In this document: positions 12,630 to 23,799 of the stretch, piece after piece | How positions within the stretch are numbered: the stretch's first letter is position 1 | Layout of the letters: each line of letters begins with the position of its first letter | From: Squalus acanthias | Lineage: Eukaryota | NCBI GenBank assembly: GCA_030390025.1 | Contig: CM059432.1 | Coordinates: forward strand, 125,366,001 to 125,430,000 | Direction of reading: 5' to 3' | DNA: 64,000 nt | Position numbers and translations under genes: made by a program | Notes under the pieces: generated by a model | Seen by the model: only the letters and a program-made list of their open reading frames with translations | What the model was told of the DNA's origin: nothing | Database searches by the model: none

Positions 12630-12957
12630 TTCAATTTTCCACCCCCTTCTCCTGCAGATGCCGACACATGTTGGAGTAGGATTCAGGAGCACAGGCTGCC
12701 CTTCAGTACCTCGCCCAAGTGTCTGTTCTTCATGGGCGGTGCGTTTTGGCAGGCTATTTTACCATGGAGGAATCACAGTTGAGCCCAATTCTGTTCTGCC
12801 CTGGTCTCCACCACACACGTGCAGTGCACTATCCAGCAGGAATCACTGGAAAGTGATTAAGCGCTGAGACCCTGCCTGGTTATTTTCCACCCCACGCCCT
12901 TGTCCGGGGGTGCTCAGGTTAACTGTAGAGTACCTGCTGACCTGGCTGAGATCAGTT
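12630..12957 (-). mobile_element. Old tRNA-derived SINE (same family as 16745-17135, 32130-32480, 46160-46480)
   Basis: Shared blocks CCTTCTCCTG(C/A)AGATGC, TACCTC(G/T)C(C/T)CAAGT, TCCAGCAGG, GCTGAGATCAG. Confidence 0.55.
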
Positions 12958-13130
12958 AGAACATAAAAACATAAGAAATAGGAGCAGGAGCAGGCCATTC
13001 GGCTCCTCGAGCCTGCTCCGCCATTCAATAAGATCATGGCTGATCCGATTTTGGCCTCAACTCCACTTTCCTGCCCGCAACCCATAACCCTTGACTCCCT
13101 TGTTATTCAAAAATCTGCCTATCTCAGCCA
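12958..13130 (-). mobile_element. CR1 3' tail fragment
   Basis: AACATAAGAAATAGGAGCAGGAG...GGCCATTCGGC. Confidence 0.85.
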
Positions 13131-13829
13131 CTGATTTCATAATTGCCGGCTATGGGGTGCGGGCGTCCACAGTGCAGCCAGTACTGGAGCAGTGAATGAC
13201 TGATTGCAACTTCAGGATTTCCACGTTTAGCCGCGCATGCGCTAAATCCTGAAGTTACGGTTAGTTGCAGAGGGGTAATGACGGCGAACGATTAGCCATC
13301 ATTATCCACCGCAAAGTCCGAGCCATTATTTACACGGGGGCCAAAGGGGGGATGTTTATGAGATGCCGTGATGCTGACTTCAGACAGAGTCATCAGTAAC
13401 CCATGATGAATAATCACCTATTCAGGTATTGGCCATGGGAGGCTTAACCATGAGGAAGAAGCTGGTTAGTTTATCAAGAACTACAAATCCACTGCAGGAA
13501 GTAAGGGGAATAAAAATACAATTGCATAAATAACAGAGGAAAATGAAGAAGGTTTTGGGGTGGAAGGAGGAAGAATAAATAAAGTAAGCAAATACTGTAA
13601 ATCATGAGAGATGGAGCAAAAAAAACATTTTTTATAATGTACCTAACTGGGAATAAGAGCTTTTGGGGAAGGAAGAACGAATTATTTGCTTCTTAAACAA
13701 ATTTTGTAAAGTGGTAGGTAAATATTTGTGTCAGTAAGGTATGTAATATTTTGACCTTGCATCAGTCGTATAGTGTGTTGCTTCCGTAAATTAGCTGCGT
13801 TACATGGATGGGCAAACTCTTGTCACACT

Positions 13830-13997
13830 GGGGTAGATTTTAACTTTGTGCGTTAGTGTAAAATGGGTGATAACAAGTTGGCAGCCCATTTTACGCCTCT
13901 CCCGATTTTTAATTCCATTGTCGGGAGTGATATAAAAAAACGAGCTGCCGACTCACTATCACCGATTTTACACTGATGCAAAGTCAGGATTTACCCC
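13830..13997. mobile_element. Short hairpin-like MITE
   Basis: TIRs GGGGTAGATTTTAACTTTG / CAAAGTCAGGATTTACCCC; the inverted symmetry extends inward; flanks ACT/ATT. Confidence 0.65.
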
Positions 13998-14937
13998 ATT
14001 CTGTTTGCTTCATTCCAGGTTCTAAACTACCCAAGAGCAATGCCATGGGAGACCTACTAGTTGAGTATGAAGAGCAACAAATGGAAGCAGTAGGATACAA
14101 GGCAATTGTTCAATCTTGATTTTACCACTTAGAACATAATCGGAACCACATGATTACTACCTTGTAACTATCTGCAAGCATCTATTGACCTGTAATTAAT
14201 ACTTTAGCAAGAGTTATGTCACATAATTACTCCAATTATGGTATTCCAATACAGTGAACAGAAAATCTATTCTGTGACAAAGCAATCTGATTTGGGCTCA
14301 CTCCAGACCTTTTTTTTTGCTTACCATTAAATTTCTCAACTAGATTTTCTACTACTACAACCTCAACAAATTTAAATCAGAAATCTCCAGTAAGTATTAA
14401 ATATGTTGTTACATTTTGAAGCCCATGGGATTAAAGGGACAGTGGCAGCATGGATACAAAATTGGCTAAGGGACAGAAAGCAGAGAGTAGTGGTGAATGA
14501 TTCTTTTTCATACTGGAGGAAAGTATACAGTGGTGTCCCCCAGGGGTCAGTATTAGGACCACTGCTCTTTTAGATGTAAATTAATGACCTGGACTTGTGT
14601 ATCCAGGGCATCATTTCAAACTTTGCAGATCACGTGAAACTCAGAAATGTAGTAAACATTGAGGAGGATAGTAACAGACTTCAGGAGGACATAGACAGAC
14701 TGGTGAAATGGGGAGACACATGGCAGATAAAATTTAATGCAGAGAAGTGTGAAGTGATGCATTTTGGTAGGAAGAATGAGGAGAGGCAATATAAACAAAA
14801 TGGTACAATTTTAAATGGGGTGCAGGAACAGAGAGACCTGGGGGTGTACGTACACAAGTCTTTGAAGATGGCAGGACAGGTTGAGAAGACTGATAAAAAA
14901 AGCTTACGGGGTTCTTGGCTGTATAAACAGAAGCATA

Positions 14938-15771
14938 GGGCTGGATTTTCTCAATGGAGACGTGCTGGAGGCAGGACTGCTGGTTTCCGGGTTTCAGTCC
15001 CGCCCCCAGCGACGTCTGACCAACCCACGCTATTTTCCCTTGATTGGCCTTGTTAAGCCCGCTGTGCGGGCTTACTGGCCAATTAAGGGAAAGCCGGTGA
15101 CAGATGACGTCAGAGTATGACACTTCATCTGTCGAAAAAATTTTGACAGATGAATTGTCAGCATTTGACAGCTTTGAGAAGCTGTCAAACACTGACAATC
15201 TTTGTTCTAAGGTGAGCCCTTGCACACAGGCTCACCAAGACCTCTCTCCTCAGCAGAAAGCAAATGGCTGCTGCATCTGAGAATGTAGCAGCCATTCTGT
15301 CATCTCTGCTGTTGAGATGAGGCACCTCCAGATCCTCAAAGGTTGAAGCCTGCAGAAAGAAGCACAGGTAAGGAAACTTTTTCCAACACTTTACACTCAC
15401 CTCTCATACTTACCTGTCCACACTTGCACCCATCACTCACCTCTACAGCTGACATTTCGACCCCTCTCACCCCCACAGACCCACTGCTCGCCTCGCTGAC
15501 CCTGGCGGGGTTTCCCGACGTCGGGAAGCCCGCATCAGCAGGCGTAAAATGGGGAAAAGCCTCTTAACTTCCTGTTAACAGGCAGTTAATTGGCTCTAAT
15601 CCCCTTCCCGCCTCTAGGAGACAGGTCCCTGCATGAGTCAGGGACCCGCCTCCCGGGAAGATGGTTCGGATGCGGGTCGGGAGTGGGGTTGGGACCCGCT
15701 CCCAATTTTTCCCATTTTCCCAGCAGTCCCGCCTCCAAACCCATCTCCTCAGGGCTGATAAAATCCAAACC
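14938..15771. mobile_element. Harbinger-type MITE (~830 bp; family of 43056-43875 and 44397-44767)
   Basis: TIRs GGGCTGGATTTT / AAAATCCAAACC; splits CR1 GCATA|GAGTAC with 3 extra nt; internal homology to the other two copies. Confidence 0.8.
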
Positions 15772-16134
15772 AGTGAGTACAAAAGCAAGGAAGTTATGCT
15801 AAACCTTTATAAAACACTGGATAGGGCTCAGCTGGAGTATTGTGCCCAATTCTGTGCACCACACTTTAGGAAGGATGTTAAGGTCTTGGAGAGGGTGTTG
15901 AGGAGCTTTACTAGAATGGTAGCAGGAATGCGGGACTTCAGTTACGTGGAGAAAGCAGAGAAGCTGGGATTATTCTCTTTAGAGCAGAGAAGGTTAAGGG
16001 GAGATTTAATAGAGGGGTTCAAAATCATGAAGGGTTTTGATAGCGTAAATAAGGAGAAATTGTTTCCAGTGGCAGAATGGTCGGTAACCAGAGGACACAG
16101 ATTTAACGTAATTGACAAAAGAACCAGAGGCGAG

Positions 16135-16528
16135 ATAAGAACATAAGAACATAAGAAATAGGAGCAGGAGTAGGCCATTCAGCCCTTCGAGCCTGCTCCG
16201 CCATTCAATGAGATCATGGCTGATCTTCTGCCTCAACTCCATTCACCGGCCCTATCACCATATCCCTTGATGCCCTTACTAGTCAGAAATCTATCGACTT
16301 CTGTTTTGAATATACCCAATGACTGAGCCTCCACAGCCCTCTGGAGTAGAGAATTACAAAGATTCAGCACCCTCTGTGTGAAGAAATTTCTTCTCATCTC
16401 AGTCCTGAATGGCCTACCATTTATCTTGAGGCTGTGGCCCCTGGTTCTAGACTCCCCAGCCAAGGGAAACATTCTCCCAGCACCCATCCTATCAAGCCCT
16501 GTAATAATTTTGTATGCTTCAATGAGAT
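16135..16528 (-). mobile_element. CR1 3' fragment nested antisense in a CR1
   Basis: LIEAYKIITGLDRM...TRGHSLK..WS; (ACATAAGA)n tail. Confidence 0.85.
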
Positions 16529-16744
16529 GAGGAGACATTTTTCTGCACAGCCTGAAAGAGTGGTGGAAGCAGATTCAGTAATAACTTTCAAAAGGGAATT
16601 GGATAAGTACTTGAAGGAGGAAAATTGCAGGGCTGTGGGGAAAGGACAGGGGAATAATTAGATAGCTCTTCCAAAGAGCCAGCACAGACATGATGGGCCG
16701 AGTGGCCTCCTTCTCTGCTGTATCTGTGATATAGAATAAGCTAG

Positions 16745-17135
16745 GAATCTTGATAGCTTAACTGGTAAATGCACTGCCCGGTGTGGACTGAGCCACACAG
16801 AGCAGGAAGGTGTACCAGGTTTGACCCTCAGTCTTTGCTGAATTAGCTGATTTCAGACAGGACAGATGCAAATGTGCTACAATTGGCCTGACTGTCTCTG
16901 GGCTAGGGAAGGGGAAAATCAGCCAATGTCTCCACTCTCAATCATTATCTGGTACTCCCTAATGGAAAGTGCAAGTGTATGCAAATTGGGTAGTAACAGG
17001 ATCAGATTTAACTGTGATGTCCGCTAGAATTAAATAGCGGACTGACATTATCTAAACTAAGCACGTGGACAATAGCTGCTTGGGTGAGGTACTGACAGTT
17101 TTTTTGAGCCTGTGGAACTATACCCTAAAGGGGTT
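16745..17135 (+). mobile_element. Old tRNA-derived SINE
   Basis: A-box-like TAGCTTAACTGG and B-box-like GGTTTGACCC; homologous to 46160-46480. Confidence 0.55.
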
Positions 17136-17264
17136 GATATCGAGTTTCAGTTATGTTTCCAAACTGCTCAACCTTCAGTCCTGTGATGTTACCCAAGCTC
17201 TTTCACGTATTATATCTTTGCGAAGCACTTTTAAGTATCTGTTATCCAAGATTTAACATGCATC

Positions 17265-18518
17265 GGAAAGAAAAACAGAAAATGCTGGAAACACTTAGCA
17301 GGTCAGGCAGCATCTGTGGAGAGAGAAACAGAGTTAACGTTTCAGCTTGATGAGCTTTCATCAGAACTAGAAAAAGTTAGAGATGCAACAGATTTTAAGC
17401 AGGTGCAGAGGCAGGGAATGGGGGAGGAGAGGAAAGAACAAAAGGGAAGGTCTGCGATAGGGTGGAAGACAGGAGAGATTATATGACAAAAGGGATGATG
17501 ATGCGAGGCAAAAGGGGGATGGTAATAGGACAAGTAAAGAAACAAAAGATGGGTCTAGAGGAGGTGTAAATGGCAAAAGCAGAATCATTACCAACAGCTG
17601 CTGTCCGAAAAAATGGAAGCTGTGGTTATAATCTGAAATTGTTGAACTCAATGTTGAATCCGGAAGAATGTAAAGTGCCTAATCGAAAGATGAGGTGCTG
17701 TTCCTCGAGCTTCTGTTGAGAAAGAAATAAGAAAAAAGAAAGCTTCATTAGAACATCGTAGGAGGCCGAGGACAGAGAGGTCAGAGTGGGAGTGGAGCGG
17801 AGAGTTAAAGTGACAGGCGACTGGAAGCTCAGGGTCACACTTGCGGACTGAATGGAGGTGTTCCGCAAAGCGATCACCCAATCTGCGTTTGGTCTCCCCA
17901 ATGTAGAGGAGACCGCATCGTGAGCCGTGAATACAGTATACTAAATTGCAAGAAGTACAAGTAAATCGCTGTTTCACCTGGAAGGAGTGTTTGGGGCCCT
18001 AGACGGTGGGAAGGAGGAGGAGAAAGGGCAGGTGTTGCAATTCCTGTGCTTGCACGGGAAGGTGCCGTGAGATGGGGAGGGGGTGTTGAGGGCGATTGAA
18101 GAGTGGACCAGGGTGTCGCGGAGGGAGCGTTCCCTTCGGAATGCTGAAAGTGGAGGGGAAGATGTGTTCGGTGGTGGGACCACGCTGGAGGTGGCGGAAA
18201 TGGCAGAGGATGAACCGTTGAATGTAGAGGCTGGTGGGGTGGAAGGTGAGGACAAGGGGAACCCTATCGTGGTTCTGGGAGGGAGGAGAAGGGGAGAGAG
18301 CAGAAGTGCGGGAAATGAACGGAGACAGTCGAGGGCCCTGTCAACCACGTTGTAGGGTAATCCTCGTTTGAGCCAAAAGGAAAATATATCGAAAGCACTG
18401 GTATGGAAGGTGGCATTGTTGGAACAGATGCGACAGAGATGGAGAAACTGGGAGAATGGAATAGAGTCCTTACAGGAAGCGGGGTGAGAGGAAGTGTAGT
18501 CAAGGTAGCTGTGGGAGT
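17265..18518 (-). mobile_element. Penelope-like element 3' fragment (GIY-YIG endonuclease and pseudo-LTR)
   Basis: FTCTSCNLVYCI..SRCGLLYIGETKRRLGDRFAEH; PCKHRNCNTC zinc knuckle; hammerhead in the terminal region. Confidence 0.85.
17332..17368 (-). ncRNA. Minimal type I hammerhead ribozyme
   Basis: Minus strand: AGTT-CTGATGA-A-AGCT-CATCA-AGCT-GAAA-CG-TT-AACT. Confidence 0.75.
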
Positions 18519-18519
18519 T

Positions 18520-21225
18520 ACAGAATCATAGAATGGTAACAGCACGGAAGAAGGCCATTCGGCCCATCGAGCCCATGCCGGCTCTCTGCAAGAGTACTTC
18601 AGCTAGTCCCACTCCCCCGCCCTTTCCCCATAGCTCTGCAAATTTTTTTCCTTCAGGTACTTATCCAACTCCCTTTTGAAAGCCGTGGTTGAGTCTGCCT
18701 CCACTACCCTTTCAGGCATTGCATTCCAGATCCTAACCACTCGCTGAGTAAAAAAGTTTTCCCTAATGTCGCCTTTGGTTCTTCTGCCAATCACCTTAAA
18801 TCTGTTTCCTCTGGTTCTCGACCCTTCTGGCAATGGGAACAGTTTCTCTCTAGCTACTCAATCTAGACCCCTCATGATTTTGAACACCTCTATCAAATCT
18901 CCTCTCAATCTTCTCTTCTCCAAGGAGAACAACCCCAGCCTCTCCAGTCTATTCACATAACTTAAGTCCCTCATCCCTGGAATCATTCTCATAAATCTTT
19001 TCTGCACCCTCTCTAAGGCCTTCACATTCTTCCTAAAGTGCGGTGCCCAGAATTGGACACAATACTCCATTTGAGGCCAAACCAGTGTTTTATAAAGGGT
19101 TCATCATAATTTCCACGCTTTTGTACTCTGTGCCTCTATTCATGAAGCTCAGGATCACGTAAACTTTTTAACTGCTTTCTCAACCTGCCCTGCCACCTTC
19201 AACAATTTGTGCACATATACCCCCAGGTCTCTCTGTACATGCACCCCTTTTAGGATTGTACCCTTTAGTTTATATATCCTCTCTTCATTCTTTCTACCAA
19301 AATATATCACTTTTCACTTTTCTGCGTTAAATATCATCTGCCACATGTCCGCCCATTCCACCAGCCTGTCTATGTCTTCCTGAAGTCTATCACTATCCTC
19401 CTCATTGTTCACTATACTTCCAAGTGTTGTGATCAAGTTGGTTAAACACGATTTGCCTTTAACAAATCCATGCTGGCTTTCCTTAATTAATCCACACTTG
19501 TCGAAGTGACTGTTAATTTTGTCCCTGATTATTGTTTCTTAAAGCTTCCCCACTACCGAGGTTAAACTGACTGGCCTGTAGTTGCTGGGTTTATCTTTAC
19601 ACCCTTTTTTGAACAAGGGTGTAAGATTTGCAATTCTCCAGTCCTCTGGCACCACTCCTGATTCTAAGTAAGATTGGAAGATTACGGCCAGTACCTCCCC
19701 AATTTCTTCCTTCACTTCCCTCAGCGTCCTAGGATGCATCCCATCTGGTCCTGATGACTTATATACTTTAAGTACAGCCAGCCTTTCTAGTATCTCCGCT
19801 TTATCAATTTTTATCCCATCCAGTATCTCCTCTACCTCCTCCTTCACTATGTCTATGGCAGCATCTTCTTCCTTGGTGAAGACAGATGCAAAGTACTCAT
19901 TTAGCACCTCAGCCATAGCCTCTGCCTCCATTCGTAGGTCTCCTTTTTGGTCCCTAATCAGCCCCACCCTCCTCTTACTATCCGTTTACTATTTATATGC
20001 CTATAGAAGACTTTTGGATTACCTTTTATGTTAGCTACCATTCTATTCTCATACCCTCTCTTTGCCCCTCTTTTCTTTTCCACCTCCCCTCTGAACTTTC
20101 TATATTTAGCCTGATTCTCAGATGTACTCTCAACCTGACATCTGTCATACGCGCTCTTTTTCTGCTTCATCTTACTCTCTATCTCTTTCGTCATCCAGGG
20201 AGCTCTGGCTTTGGTTGCCCTACCTTTCCCCCTTTTGGGAATGTACCTCAACTGTGCCCGAACTATTTCCTCTTTAAATACAGCCCATAGTTCCATTACA
20301 GTTTTGCCTGCCAATCTTTGATTCCAATTTACCCAGGCTAGATCCGTTCTCAACCCACTGAAATTGGCCTTCTTCCAATTACGTATTTTTACTCTAAGTT
20401 GCTCCCTGTCCTTTTCCTTAGCTAATCTAAACCTTATGATACTATGATCACTGTTCCCTAAATGTTCACCTACTGACACTTGCTCCACTTGACCTACCTC
20501 ATTCCCCAGAACCAGATCCAGCAATACCTCCTTCCTCATTGGGCCGGAAACATACTGATCAAGAAAGTTCTGCTGAACATACTTCATAAATTCTTCCCCA
20601 TCTCTGCACTTTACACTAATACTATCCCAGTCTATATTAGGATAGTTGAAGACCCCATTATCACTACTCTATAGTTCTTGCATCTCTCTGTAATTTCTCT
20701 GCAAATTTGCTCCTCCATATTTTTCCCACTAGTTGGTGGCCTATGGTATACACCTAGTAGTGTAATGGCACATCTATTATCTCTTAACTGTAGCCATATA
20801 GATTCTGTCCTTGATCCAGGACATCCTCCCTTTCCAGCACTGTAACATTCTCCTTAACCAATACTACCACACCACCTCATTTCTTTCCTTCCCTATCTTT
20901 CCTGAACACCTCATATCCAGGAATATTTAATACCCAATCCTGCCCTTTTTTGAGCCAGGTCTCGGTTATTGCCATGACATCATATTCCCATGTGGCTATT
21001 TGCGCCTGCAGCTCACCAACCTTGTTTACTAAGCTTTGTGCGTTCACATACATACACTGTAAACCTATCTGAGACCATCCTGTGTTCTCTCTTAGTCTGC
21101 CCCCCCCCCCCAATACCTTACTATTTCTTACTTTAGTACTCCCTGCCTCTCCCAATCCTTTGTGCCCTTTGTTTCTCCTTTCTAATGCTACATCCTGGTG
21201 CTCAACCCCCTGCCAACTTAGTTTA
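18520..21225 (-). mobile_element. CR1 LINE ORF2 (endonuclease and RT), broken and internally deleted
   Basis: NAQSLVNKVGEL..AITETWL, LDLVL, LGNSDH, VPEDWRIAN.TPLFKKG, NYRPVSLTSVVGK, EYCVQFWAP. Confidence 0.9.
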
Positions 21226-23246
21226 AGAACATAAGAAATAGGAGCAGGAGTAGGCCATTTGGCCCTTTGAACCTGCTGTGCCATTCAATGAGATCATGGC
21301 TGATTTTCTACCTCAACTCCACCTTCCCGCACTATCCCCATATCCCTTAATTCCCTTTGTTCCCCAAAGTTTATTGACCTCCATCTTGAATATACTCAAC
21401 GACTGAGCATCCACAGCCCTCTGGGGTAGAGAATTCCAAAGATTCACAACCCTTTGAGTGAATAAATTTCTCCTCATCTCAGTCCTAAATGGCCGACCCC
21501 TTATTCTGAGACTGTGACCCCGTATTCTAGACTCTCCAGCCAGGGGAAACATTATCCCAGCATTAACCCTGTCAACCCCCTTAAGAATTTTGTATGTTTC
21601 AATGAGATCACCTCTCATTCTTCTAAACTCTAAGGAATATAGGCCTAGTCTACTTAATCTCTCCTCATAGGGCAATCCCCTCATCCGAGGAGCCAGTCTA
21701 GTGAACCTTTGCTGCACTCCCTCTGAGGCAAGTGTGTCTTTCCTTAGGTGAAGAGACCAGAACTGTACACAGTACTCCAGGTGTGGCCTCACCAATGCCC
21801 TGTATAATTGTAGTAAGACTCCTTGGGGGAAAAATTGAGTCGTGCCCCCTTTGGGGCGCTAACTTCGCCGGGGCGCTACTTTAAGCGCTTCAAAAAAATT
21901 AGCGCCCCTGCGGCCAAAATTGAATGGTAGCGCCCCAAGAGGGAAGCGGGGCGCGACTGGAAGTGCCCCACCTCACTCTTGGGGGGGCTGCGAGGGAATA
22001 TCGCGGCGCTACGTGCCACAGCGCCACACACTGCGGCACATTGCACCGCGGTACTGCAGGCCTTCCTCCCCTTATTAAAGGGGAGGGGCCTGGCGCAGCA
22101 CGTCCCGGCGACAAGCTGGGCCACCAGGGATCGGAGTGCTGGCAAAAGAGCCCAGCACTCAAGAGAAGTGCTGGGCTCACGGAGTGCAGCTGGCACTCTG
22201 CGGGGGGGCTGCTGAGGAGGCCGAGGAAGTCCAACGGGGACAGGTGCTGGCAGGCAGCCAGCAACAAAAATGGCCGCCCGGCACCTCGCCTTTATTTAGC
22301 GCTGCCCCGGCCGTAGGTAGGTCCCCCTGACCCCGTCGGACATAGCATCCGGCGGTAAGTCAGGGGGTGCTACCGAAGATCGCAGCCGGGACGCGAGCGG
22401 GGCACTAATGGTTATCACCGTCGCTAACCTCCCGCTGAATTTTGCGGGAGGCGTTGGCGGCGCCGCACCCGGGCGCTAGTTGCTTTGCGCCCCATTTGCG
22501 CCCTAAGAGGACGCTAACGGGAGGCGCAAAGCAACCGAATTTCCCCCCCCCCCATTACTCTTATATGCTAATCCCTTTGTAACAAAGGCTAACATAACAT
22601 TTGCTTTCCTAATTGCTCGCTGTACCTGCATGTTAACTTCCAGTGATTCATGTACAAGGACACCCAGGTCCCTCTGAGTGCAAACATTTCCCAGTCTCTC
22701 ACCATTCAAAAAATATTCTGCTTTTTTGTTTTTCCTGCCAAAGTGGATAATTTCACACTTCCCCACATTGTATTCCATTTGCCATGTTCTTGCCCACTCA
22801 GTCAACCTGTCTATATCTCTCTGCAGCCTCTTTGCATCCTCCTCACAGCTTACTTTCCCACCTAACTTTGTATCATCAGCAAACTTTGATATGTTACACT
22901 CAGTCCCTTCATCTAAGCCATTAATATAGATTGTAACTAGCTGAGGCACAAGCACTGATCCTTGCGGTACCCCGCTAGTTACAGCCTGCCAACCTGAAAA
23001 AGTCCTGTTTAATCCTACTCTCTGATTTCTGTCCATTAACCAATACTCAATCCATGCTGAGATATTATCCCCAATAACATGAGTCCTATTTTGTGTAATA
23101 ATCTCTTGTGTGGCACCTTATCGAATGCGTTTTGAAAATCCAAATGCACTACATCCACTGGTTCCCCCTAATCCATCCTATTAGTTACATCTTCAAAAAA
23201 TTCTTAACAGATTTGTCAAACACGATTTCTCTTTCATAAAACCATG
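21226..23246 (-). mobile_element. CR1 LINE 3' half, interrupted by MITE 21825-22553
   Basis: GVPQGSVL, SKFADDTKL, VRPHLEYCVQFW, CR1 tail. Confidence 0.9.
21825..22553. mobile_element. Non-autonomous MITE related to the Harbinger at 6283-10298 (opposite orientation)
   Basis: Both ends match the Harbinger ends over ~40 nt (AAATTCGGTTG.TT.GCGCCT.CCGTT.GCG and GGGGGA.AAATT..GCCCC.TTTGGGGCGC); flanks CTT/ATT. Confidence 0.8.
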
Positions 23247-23796
23247 TTGACCGAGCTTCCGGTCGCTTGTCATTTTAATTCACCTCTCCACGCCCACTCA
23301 GACCTCACCATCCTCGGCCTCGTGCATTGTTCCACAGAAGCTCAGCGTAAGCTCGAGGAACAGCACCTCATCTTTCGTTTAGGCACTTTACAGCCTTCCG
23401 AACTCAATATCGAGTTCAACAATTTCAGATCATAACCTCGGCCCCCTACCACATTTTATCTACCCTTTGGTTCTTGCCTTTTTCCTTTTTTTCTCTCTCT
23501 CCCCCTACGGCAGCTGTCTCTCATTCTGCCAGCATTTCACACTTCACACTTCTAGCCACCTTTTGTTTCTTAACCTGTCCAGTACCATCTCGTCTTGCCT
23601 TGAGCATCTCTTAATGTCTCTACTTACCATAGTTATTCCTCCCCCCAGCCTCCCCCTTGCTTTTTTATCTGTTTCATTTCCTGCTTTTTTCTCAGTTCTG
23701 ACGAAGGGTTTCGACCTGAAACGTTAACTCTGTTTCTCTCTCCACGGATGTTGCCTGGCCTGCTGAGTTTTTCCAGCGTTTTCTGTTGTTGTTTTG
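23247..23796 (+). mobile_element. Penelope-like element 3' fragment
   Basis: ELPVACHFNSP..RKLEEQHLIFRLGTLQPSELNIEF; terminal region homologous to 17265-17400. Confidence 0.85.
23694..23729 (+). ncRNA. Minimal type I hammerhead ribozyme
   Basis: AGTT-CTGACGA-A-GGGT-TTCG-ACCT-GAAA-CG-TT-AACT. Confidence 0.8.
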
Positions 23797-23799
23797 ACT

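Larger units (their letters stand above)
14417..16730 (+). mobile_element. 5'-truncated CR1 LINE, interrupted by a MITE (14938-15771) and an antisense CR1 (16135-16528)
   Basis: RT motifs GVPQGSVLGP and FADH (FADD-like); LYKTL.RAQLEYC; CR1 3' end near 16690-16730. Confidence 0.85.
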
